The position numbers and the translations under genes are program-made. A DNA stretch of 64,000 nucleotides from Octopus sinensis (taxonomy: Eukaryota): NCBI RefSeq assembly GCF_006345805.1, contig NC_043017.1:26474001-26538000 (forward strand). The letters are read 5' to 3'. The notes below the pieces were generated by a model that saw only the letters and a program-made list of their open reading frames with translations, was not told the origin of the DNA and did not search any database. Of the stretch, positions 51,576-64,000 are shown piece by piece. Position 1 is the stretch's first letter, and every line of letters starts with the position of its first letter.

Positions 51576-51881
51576 TTATTATCATTATTATTATTATTAT
51601 TATTATTATCATTATTATTATCATTATAATTATTATTATTATTATTATATACAGGTTTATTAAATGTTAATGTCGAATGCAATGTAAGAGGTGATTTGCT
51701 GGCTTAGATTAATGGTTCAAGAGTTGCCTTAAGAACATTTTGGAGCCGGATTTAGCGCATATATTGAGCTAAAATTCCGTGTAAACTAAGTCTCCTAAGC
51801 ATTAGCACATAGGAAACTTGTACATGTCCAAGAGCTGTTGGTTGTTTTAAAGCTGAAGAGAATAAGACTTTCACCTGAATA

Positions 51882-51883
<2 letters not shown>

Positions 51884-51940
<57 letters not shown>

Positions 51941-52111
51941 GTCTATCTATCTATCTATCTATCTATATATCTTTCTCTCTCTCTCTCTATTTATCTATCT
52001 ATCTATCTATCTATCTGTCTATCTATTTATCTATCTATCTGTCTATCTATTTATCTATCTATCTGTCTATCTATTTATCTACCTATCTGGCTATCTATCT
52101 ATCTATCTATA

Positions 52112-52144
<33 letters not shown>

Positions 52145-52175
52145 ATCTATCTATCTATCTACCTATCTATCTATG

Positions 52176-52250
<75 letters not shown>

Positions 52251-52260
52251 ATATATTTAT
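51884..52260. repeat. (ATCT)n microsatellite
   Basis: Direct reading. Confidence 0.95.
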
Positions 52261-52344
52261 TTATCTACGACGCTGTGGTGCGGTTAATAAACTGTTTAAA
52301 TTTTGCAAAAGAAAAATAATACTGACATCACATCTTAACAGATA

Positions 52345-52615
52345 TTCTTTTTCTTCTTCTTTTATTTGTTTCAGTCATCTGACTGCGGTAATGCTGGAGC
52401 ACCGATTTTAGTCGAATCAATCGACTCCAGGAATTATTCTCTGTGCGTGCGTCCAGTACTTATACTAGCGGTTTCGTATGCCAAACCGCTAAGTTACGGG
52501 GACGTAATCCCACAAACATCGGTTGCCAAACGACACGTGGGGTCACAGACACAGGCACACATACATATACATACATACATATACATACACACACACACAC
52601 ACACACACACACCAC

Positions 52616-52665
<50 letters not shown>

Positions 52666-52843
52666 ATATATACGACGGGCTTCTTTCAGTTTCCGTCTAC
52701 CAAATCCACTCATAAGGCATTGATCGGCTCAAGGTTATAATAGAAAACACTTAAACACTTGCCGAAGGTTCGACGCAGTGGGACTGAACCTGAACCATGT
52801 GGTTGGTAAGGAAGATACTTACTACACAGACACTCTTGCACCT
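52345..52843 (-). mobile_element. SINE family A
   Basis: Reverse-complement consensus match. Confidence 0.8.
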
Positions 52844-52942
52844 ATATATTTACTACCAAAATTATATAAAAATACTAAAGAGGAAATTTATTCAAGAAAA
52901 TCGTCATTGACTTCAACCACAGCCTGCAGACAACTACGGAAT

Positions 52943-53108
52943 CTCCGTATTTCGTCTGCATTTGCGTTCTGAGTGCAAATTTCGCCGAGGTTGACTTTGC
53001 CTTTCATCCTTTCGGGATCGATTAAATAAATTCCATTTACGCACTGGTTTGTCTGTCCTTGTTTGTCCTCTCTGTGTTTAGCCCCTTGTGGGTAGTAAAG
53101 AAATAGAT
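52943..53108 (+). mobile_element. SINE family B unit
   Basis: Core and tail match. Confidence 0.8.
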
Positions 53109-53660
53109 ATAACAGTGTCAACGAGGATTTCGTAGCTCACACAGCCACTGTGTAGTATTGCGATATATCAGTGGCGACCGAGATTTGTGTGTCTGTGTTT
53201 GTCCCACCAACATCGCTTGACAAACGATGCTGGTGTCTTTCGTAGAACACACAACCACTGTGTAATATTGCAACATAACATCGACAAAGTGTCGGATACA
53301 ACAAGAGTCAGGCTTACCAATATAAGTACTGGGGTCCATCTTCTTCGACTCATCCTTTCAACATCGTACATCGTACATCAGCATGACCACAGTCTAATGA
53401 CTGAAACAAGGTAAATATTCTTACTATGTTTTTCCCATTTAAGTTCAGTCCGTTGCTTTTCCAACCTAAATTTCTAACAAGATACATACGTCATAGTGTG
53501 TGATTCAATCCTTTCCGACTCGGACATATTTACTGCAGTAATACAATGAGCTAGAAAATTACCAACGTTATTCGACAAAATATGAAACGGAACTATTGGA
53601 AGCTGCATCAGGCATGCGCCAATTGTACCATTTCTATGAGTAACGTCTATTCACCTCATT

Positions 53661-54043
53661 GTGGAAGCACTCCGTCGGTTACGACGACGAGGGTTCCGGT
53701 TGATCCGATCAACGGAACAGCCTGCTCGTGAAATTAACGTGTAAGTGGCTGAGCACTCCACAGACACGTGTACCCTTAACGTAGTTCTCGGGGATATTCA
53801 GCGTGACACAGAGAGTGACAAGGCCGGCCCCTTGAAATACAGGTACAACAGAAACAGGAAGTAAGAGTGAGAGAAAGTTGTGGTGAAAAAGTACAGCAGG
53901 GATCACCACCATCCCCTGCCAGAGCGTCGTGGAGCTTTTAAGTGTTTTCGCTCAATAAACACTCACAACGCCCGGTCTGGGAATCGAAACCACGATCCTA
54001 CGACCGCGAGTCTGCTGCCCTAACCACTGGGCCATTGCGCCTC
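53661..54043 (-). mobile_element. SINE family D, full length, 14-bp TSD
   Basis: ctattcacctcatt at 53647-53660 and 54044-54057. Confidence 0.9.
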
Positions 54044-54459
54044 CTATTCACCTCATTATCAGATATAATAAAAAGCTATGTACAACTGACCTCAGACAGA
54101 TTCACTCTATAATTTCACCGCGTATTATTTATACGTTTTCAGAGGAAATAATCGCATTACATACTAAAGAAATTAAAGTGGGGGCTAAGAGGAGGTCAAT
54201 TTTTCTGTGCATGAAATGGTTTAACTGCTGGACATCTTGGAGACTAGTTATTCCTATTCAACGTTAAACTACTTCAGACGTATTTCAGTTATATATTTCA
54301 ATATATAAACAAAGAAATTCGCTCAGCGATTCATAAAGTGAAGACATTCATATACTCAAAGAATCGGATACGTTAACCATGTCGACGTAAGTGAGGAACT
54401 TGGAAATTGTCTCCTGCTTGTGTGCATGGGAAAGTGTCGAGGAATATGTGAATATATGT

Positions 54460-54658
54460 ATATACGTATGTATATATATACATACGTGTGTGTGTACGTG
54501 TATTTATATATATATATATATATATGTATACATATATATATATATATGAATACCTATATGTATGTCTATATATATATGTATATATATGAATACATATATA
54601 TATATATATCTTTAAATATTCATATTATTTACACATATATATATATATATAGATATTC

Positions 54659-54757
<99 letters not shown>

Positions 54758-54811
54758 TAGATAGATAGATATTCATGTATATATATACATATATATATAC
54801 ATATATATATA

Positions 54812-54897
<86 letters not shown>

Positions 54898-54908
54898 TTT
54901 TTTATTAA

Positions 54909-54939
<31 letters not shown>

Positions 54940-55014
54940 CATACATATATATTATATATATATAGATAGATAGATAGATATTCATGTATATATATACATA
55001 TATATATACATACA

Positions 55015-55056
<42 letters not shown>

Positions 55057-55068
55057 GATAGATTTTTT

Positions 55069-55109
<41 letters not shown>

Positions 55110-55110
55110 T
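54460..55110. repeat. Compound (TA)n/(TAGA)n array with a ~200-bp higher-order duplication
   Basis: gatagatattcatgtatatatatacat and gatagataaatagat...ttttttatta blocks recur. Confidence 0.8.
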
Positions 55111-55307
55111 ATGATATGTGTGTATGTGGTATAAGTATTCACAGACACGTATATATATTCGTATCTGGTGCATTTATGTATTTGTGCATACATATGCACA
55201 TGTGTATATGGAAGCCTCTATGCATAGCGGTTGAATACTGCATATGCTTCTGTTTGATGTGTCTGTAGGTATAGAATAACCGTTAAAATGTTTCCTCTCC
55301 GTTTTCA

Positions 55308-55803
55308 AAGGTTTTAAACCACTGTGCTTTTCGAGCAGTCTGAATAATGGATGTGATTAGCGATGAATTAAGATGGCTAATCATTCGTCTGCTCGTCTCA
55401 CAGCATGTGTTTTTACAACATAGGTATTTAGACAAGTTGAAACGTTGTCGGTGTAAGCAAAAACTGAAATATGTGAGTGGGAAGTGATATTGTATAAGAA
55501 GAGGGAAAATTAGACTCATAGGTAGATGTAAAGAAATAGTGACAAATAGTGACAAAAGGTTTTAAACCACTGTGCTTTTCGAGCAGTCTGAAGAATGGAT
55601 GTGATTAGCGATGAATTAAGATGGCTAATCATTCGTCTGCTCGTCTCACAGCATGTGTTTTTACAATATAGGTATTTAGACAAGTTGAAACGTTGTCGGT
55701 GTAAGCAAACACTGAAATATGTGAGTGGGAAGTGATAGTGTATAAGAAGAGGGAAAATTAGACTCATAGGTAGATGTAAAGAAATAGTGACAAATAGTGG
55801 TAA
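55308..55803. repeat. Tandem duplication, period 248 bp
   Basis: aaggttttaaaccactg at 55308 and 55556; few differences between copies. Confidence 0.95.
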
Positions 55804-56624
55804 AGGTGAATGAAAAGGTATGAAGGTTCCAAATGACAGAATCACACCAATATATGGTTTCTAAAGAAGAAAGAACATATTTCGGAAGAAAGGAAAAGAA
55901 TGAATGAAAGGAATGCTGACAGTGTCGGCAAATGAGAAAAAAGCGTGATCATTGAATGTTAATGTAGGATAGAAGAATTGTTTGGAGGTTTTGAAGTTTC
56001 GGAAGATTTGTAGTTGAACACTAAATTTATATACAATATTAACTATTTCTTTATAACATTTCATAAGAGTTTGGTTTAATATGGCTGAAAATTGAGTTTA
56101 TCTTTCGATCTCTGCATAAATTATTGTAAGGTTTCCAAGCATCCATTTATTTCGGTTCCAGTTTTGTCACAGGGCCAGCAATTTCTGGGAATGGAACAAA
56201 TCGATCACATCGACTACAGTGCACAATAGGTACTTATTTTATCGAGCCCGAAGGGATGAGGGAAAAATCAACCGCGGGTATAATTGATCCCAGAATATAA
56301 AGACTGAAGAAACGCTCGCTAAATCTTCTACAAACTCACCCGCTTTGTATCCATTTACATTGATTTTGGCACTAATCCAACAAGTTTAGGGGAGTAGTTA
56401 AATCAGTTATATCGACCTCAGTATTCCTCTGGTACTTATTTTATCGACCCAGAAAGGATGAATGGCAAAGCCGACATCGGCGTAATTTCAATTAGGAGAA
56501 TAAAGATGGATGAAATGCCGCTAAACATTTTGTGCTATTGAGTCTGTCGTTCCAGCGCCTTTAATAGACATAAAGCTTGCTTTTTATTTTCGCTTGTTCG
56601 AAAAATATGCTGAGTGTCAAATAT

Positions 56625-57012
56625 TCTTTTCTATTCTAGGCACAAGGCCAGAAATTTTAGGAGATGGGAATTGTCGATTAGATCGACCTCAGTACACAAT
56701 TGGTATTTAATATATCGATCCCGAAATGATGAAAGGCAAAGTCGACCTCGGCGGAATTTGAACTCATAACGTAAAGACAGATCAAATACCTATTTCTTTA
56801 TTACCCACAAGGGGCTAATAACAGAGGGGACAAACAAGGACAGACATAGGTATTAAGTCGATTACGTCGACCCCAGTGCGTAACTGGTACTTAATTTATC
56901 GACCCCGAAATGATGAAAGGCAAAGTCGACCTCGGCGGAATGTGAACTCATAACCTAAAGACAGATCAAATACCGCTAAGCATTTCGCCCGGCGTGCTAA
57001 CTATTCTGCCAG
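56625..57012 (-). mobile_element. SINE family B two-unit array (older B fragments nearby at ~56150-56550, 58380-58570, 58960-59290)
   Basis: aaatacc junctions at 56784 and 56968. Confidence 0.85.
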
Positions 57013-58624
57013 CTGCCCATGGAGGAAATTGCTATCATACACCAAATAGGAGTAAGGCGTGTGTAATGTGGCCTTCAATAAATTGATTACGTTGATGAGA
57101 TTTGAACCAATATTCAACGGAATCAAAATCCCAAATAGAGATTACAGCTTCAACTTTGTTGAAAGTTTTATTCTCTATCATAATGTACATACAAGCGATC
57201 ACACATCTATCTATCTTCTCTTTATTTCGTATATATATATATATATATATATGTCTGCACATATGAAAATATATATGGTGACAACAAAGTTTCGGCCGGT
57301 ACTTCGCAGACACTTTCGATACTAGTTTTGTCAATGACTAATAAATTTGTACTCTACACTTTACGGAATGTACTGAGTAGTCCTTCATGCAGAAACATTA
57401 ATACGATATTAATACGCCATTGATAAATACATGCGTGCATTTATATACACACAAACATATAGATGTGTATACATACCTACATGTTCTCAACATACGGAAT
57501 CGAAATCTCTTTATGCCAAACCCTAGCTTGTTTACTATGGTAAGAAGTAAGGGACTTTAAATATCTATGTGCAACATAAGTAAAGCGAAGGCAGAACACT
57601 AATAGTTGCAGCATGCCTTATTGAATTAGATCTGCGTACTCTATATATAAAATCATTATTTGTGGGCCAAGTATGTTCGCGTGATTTATTCTAATGACAT
57701 GTTTCGTTATTGAAAATTTCTTTAGCTAGGATAAATATAATTTCGCTAATAACATTAGTCACATCTTCAAAACTTATGAGCGAATTACTGTAATATATAT
57801 ATCAACACATATCAGCTTTCTCTTCCGCAGATTTCTCACCGTTTCTGTGATTTATTCTAATGATTGAAATTCATTATACTCTGGTTAGTACTGATAATTA
57901 TTCATACACCGAATATTCTAAAAGAGGTTAATATAGGTGTCTCTTTTCAAAATATATCTAATCTGTATCCGTTGGTGTGTTGGCATATAGATAACACTAC
58001 CTCATTTTTTAAGCCATTATCTATTGTAATAAATTCGTATTAATTGTGTTAGGCATATAAATATCAAGAAGATCGTTTATCATTGCGCTGTCTCCAGAGA
58101 ACATGTTAACGTCTCATGAATCAAGAAATTACTTTATCGAAAAGTAGGTTTCTATCAGCTTTCATAATTCGGTACGTTTAGAAAAGACGACGTGATGCCG
58201 AAGAGTTAACATAATGAAAATCTTTTCCACTTATAAATATACGCAAATACTTGTAATCTGTTGTCACTAAAGAGAGATACTATTAATAATTGTAATTGAA
58301 AACAAAAAACACAAATAAATAAATAAAAGACCCATATAATAAAAGATACATATAATAAAAGATACATATAAAGCTTTCAGATTTTGAAATATTGGCTCCA
58401 AATTTTGGCCCAAGGCCAACAATTTCGGGGAGGGCAATAAAACGATTAAGTAGACCTCAGTGTTCAGTTGATACTTATTTCATCGAGCTCGAAAGGATGA
58501 GAGGCAATACGCACGCATTTTGTCGGGTGCGTTAGCGATTCTGCCAGCTCATTAGCGATTCTGCCAGCTCACCGTCTTAGGTTTTAAAATAATGCTGATG
58601 ATGCTGCTGCTGCTGCTGCTGCTG

Positions 58625-58955
58625 GGGCCCCCTTCGGTCATGAATGACCATGGGATTGCACCTAGAAGGTTTCCCTTCCAAGCACTAGTCCGGGCAAGGT
58701 TGTTTATGGAAGACTAGCAATCGCCCATGCATACAGGCCTATCCTCTCCACGCCACCAGTGTTATCCAAGGGAACAGCAAAGGGGCCGATACAGCTTGGC
58801 CCCAATGACGTCGCAACTCATTTCTACAGCTTAGTGAACTGGAACAACGCGAAATAAAGTGTCTTGCTCAAGAACACAACATGCAGCCCGGTCCGGGATT
58901 CGAACTCACATCACGTACGTAAGCTCGACGCTCTATCCACTGAACCATGTACATC
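58625..58955 (-). mobile_element. SINE family G
   Basis: tRNA-like head, ttgagcaagacactttattt core, distinct tail shared with 742-1003. Confidence 0.8.
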
Positions 58956-59651
58956 ACATGCGCCCTTAAAATAATATTGGCTTCAAATTTTGGCAGAGTC
59001 CCAGCAAGCTCCTTTAAGTCAATCCCCAGTGTTAAATTGGTACTCATTTTACCGAACCCGAAATGATGAAAGGCCAAATCGACGTCGGCGGAATTTGAAA
59101 TCAGAAGGTGAAGACTGGGGAAACGGCCATTTTATTGTGTGCGATCAGGGGTCTGCCTAGTGACCGCCTTAAATTTTAAAATAATATTGGCATAAAATTT
59201 TGAACAAGGTTTAAATGTTTTGAGGAGATGATAAGTCGATTACATCAAAACTCCAGTGTTCAGGTGTTCAGTATTTTACCGACCCTAAGGGCATCGCCAA
59301 AGACCTGGTTGGTGGCCCAAACTGAAGTGTTCTTTTATGGGAGTCAGGAAAATAAAGATCCGTTGCAATAAGTGTGTTAATCTGAAAGGGAAATATGGCA
59401 ATCTGAATGGGAAATAAAAACATAATTAACTGATCCTCCTGTGTTTTGTTTTATTGAAAGCCAGGAACTTTACAGTACCACACTCGTAAATGTAACACCA
59501 TTCCTCCTTCTTTAGAACATGAGAATAGAATTATCCAACAAGGTGATAATTTGTTTTTCTAAAGTTTAAAATAATATGCTACTGACTGTAAAATCAAGTA
59601 GAATATATTCAGGAAAATACTGGGTACAAAGGAAAAGGACAAGGCTTTTAG

Positions 59652-59724
<73 letters not shown>

Positions 59725-59749
59725 GGAAAATGCCTTAATTTTAACATCG

Positions 59750-59870
59750 TTGATAAGGCGGCAATGCGATGGACTGGAGTCCCGTCCAGCTGGGGGGTGG
59801 GGTGGAACACATATGCCACAGAAACACCGGGAAACTGGGCGCATGAGACTGGCTAGGCTTGAAAAGGGCG
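59750..59870 (+). mobile_element. SINE family F 3' half
   Basis: gcgatggactggagtcccgtccagctgggg...ggctaggcttgaaaagggcg. Confidence 0.6.
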
Positions 59871-60623
59871 AAAAAAATATAAAGCTGCAACCTATTAAAA
59901 TGGCAGATAAAATTGATGTTACAAATTTTTTCTCTGCATATGTACCGCCTCAAAAATCTGGAAGGTATTTGTGACACGTAAATGAAAGATTGAATATCTA
60001 AGTATTCATTAGAACAAATCTGTGCGTGTGCGTGTTGTCTCTCTGTCTTTCTTGTCATATCAGAGTTCACATCATATTCCTCACTACATTTGATGATTGC
60101 ATACTTTTTGGTAGTTTTCAAACTTTAGATTTTCAAGTATATTTCTCCTATGCACAATGATTCCTATCTTTAGAACCTGACAGAAATGCTATCATTTTCC
60201 ATTTCAGCGTTCATACAATTTTAAGTACAAATATCGTCACAATATACTTTATATCAGTATACATTGAAAAGAATATTCAGCATTCCACGATACCGTATTC
60301 ACTGTTAATTAAGTGTCCCATTATACCCACAGTCGTTTAAGAAAACTCGCCGTATTCTATATTTCCAGATATTAAAAGAGTGTCATTTATACGTGTCAAC
60401 ACGTGCGTATATTTTACACTATGTTCAACTTGCAATGGAATACTCAAAACATAGACACAAACAGCCTCACATATTTGACCATATCAATCTATCTTCCCCA
60501 ATTTATGCATTTATCTATCGGTCTATGACTAATTCTATCTATCTCATTTTTACACACAAAACACTCACACTCACTGAAACAACACATATGAACACAAACG
60601 GTCGAAGGTATACACACACAGTC

Positions 60624-60659
<36 letters not shown>

Positions 60660-60830
60660 ATTCAAACAAGAAAACAAAGAAAAAAACACAGCAACGCGAG
60701 GACGTGGAACAATTAAAGTATTATTTGACGCTCAGGAAAGAAGGGAAGGAGGGTTTAACGTTTTGAGCGGAGTTCTTCGTCGGAAACAAAGGAGAAGGAA
60801 AGATCCCGAGAAGGGAAGACAGAGGTAAAA
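60660..60830 (-). mobile_element. PLE-like terminal relic with a decayed HHR
   Basis: Minus strand ttt-CCGACGA-agaactccgctc-AAAA-cgtt-aaa at 60754-60786. Confidence 0.45.
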
Positions 60831-60947
60831 AGAATTTTGCTGGTGAGACAGACCAAAGTTAAGTTCCTGTTTCGGTAGTATTGCGAATAAAGGGCTCAAC
60901 GTTGGTTCTATATCAGCTTAGGTACATAAGAATGTCTTGCCGAAACA

Positions 60948-61130
60948 GATAAAAAACTAAGGTTGTGTAGATATTAGAGGATTTATAGATATAAGGTTTA
61001 CAGCTGTTTCTAGGATATTTATTAATTATATCGCGATGAAGTGTTCTAATTAATAAATATGCTAGAAACAGCTGTAAGACATTTTATCTATAAATGCTCT
61101 AATATCTGTACACCCTTGGTTTTTTTTATC
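60948..61130. repeat. Fold-back inverted repeat, ~78-bp imperfect arms
   Basis: ttacagctgtttctag / ctagaaacagctgtaa core. Confidence 0.85.
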
Positions 61131-61138
61131 TTATTACG

Positions 61139-61187
<49 letters not shown>

Positions 61188-61208
61188 GTACATATATATA
61201 TGTATATA

Positions 61209-61249
<41 letters not shown>

Positions 61250-61929
61250 TATATAGGTATATATATATATATGTATATATATACATATATATTGTATAAA
61301 ATATGTATGCATGCATGTATGTATATAAACGCATGCGCATAATCAACGTATATTTATATAACTGGACGGCATATGATAAATGCTGACAAAGTTGCCATAA
61401 TTTTACGAAATATTCTATCATACGTTTCCATATAGTTATTAATATATTTTACTCTTTTAACCTCCGACATGTTTTCATTGCATCAAAGTGCAAGACATCA
61501 ATATATATACACCTGTGTAACTCCCATGTATTCAATTTACGAAATCTTAGCGTTAACAACTCATAGGCGATATCAGCACTCGCCAATTTCCTCCTCCACA
61601 CACACACATACATTTGTGTATACGTTCGAAATGCATTTGATACATCAGACGGGGGATATGTCCCCTGCATGTGAACCACAACAACAGTACGGTGAGTCAC
61701 GGCAAATAATGTGTAGAATAAATAAATCTCTGATAATAAGTGAATAAATTTATCATCAACCAGATTACATTAAAGAAGCAGCAACTCAAAATTCAGACAG
61801 GATTTGATCTCGTATTGTAAAGGAATATTATTAATAATATAAATATAGAGTATGCGCTTAATGAATTTTGCTTACTCTGGCAAAACCGAATACTATCTCT
61901 TTTGTCCATGCACGCATCAGGACCGTAAA

Positions 61930-63500
<1,571 letters not shown>

Positions 63501-64000
63501 CACACTCACATATATGAATATTATATTCATAAGCTTTCTCTTCTCTGCATTATACGAAACTATAAGAGAAATATTAATTATTAAGCAATTCGTGAAGAAT
63601 TACCCTGGAACTTCCAACTACCATCTACCATGTAGCATAATGACAGAAACGGAAAAAAGATGAAACGATCGAGCTATACAAAGACTCAAAGACAAAGAAA
63701 TACGCACGCCTAGAAGCGTGTACACGCATACATATCCACATGCCTTCACATACACAAGTACAAACACACACGCAATCACACATATACCGAGCTACAAAAT
63801 GAATCCGAGGGAGACAATCTTATAGGAACACATTAATTATTAAGTTGTGTATGAGAGCATAACTTTATTCTGTTATGAAAGATGCAAACGAAACGAAGCT
63901 ATTCAAAGGAACTAAGAAGTATTATCTAACATAAATATTCGTTTAGCTGAGAAAGTGACAGAATTACAATACTTGACGCCTAGAATAAGAGAATATTAGA

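Overview
AT-rich eukaryotic genomic DNA, by eye most likely Octopus (inferred from recognisable tRNA-derived SINE families and very dense (TA)n/(TAGA)n/(ATT)n microsatellites; not database-checked). It is mostly intronic/intergenic. Content: (i) dozens of SINE copies from several families that share modules (my working labels A-G, X); (ii) a young 5'-truncated Penelope-like element (PLE) at 27119-29408 with a 450-aa GIY-YIG ORF and ~263-bp inverted termini, each carrying a hammerhead ribozyme (HHR) motif; (iii) further PLE relics and fold-back hairpins, one more intact minimal HHR and several decayed ones; (iv) two non-autonomous Helitrons and LINE and mariner relics; (v) a string of 19-69-nt plus-strand candidate micro-exons that can be joined into an open frame of an unidentified protein. 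Almost all short ORFs in the track are artefacts of microsatellites or SINEs. Repeat boundaries are read by eye and are approximate.
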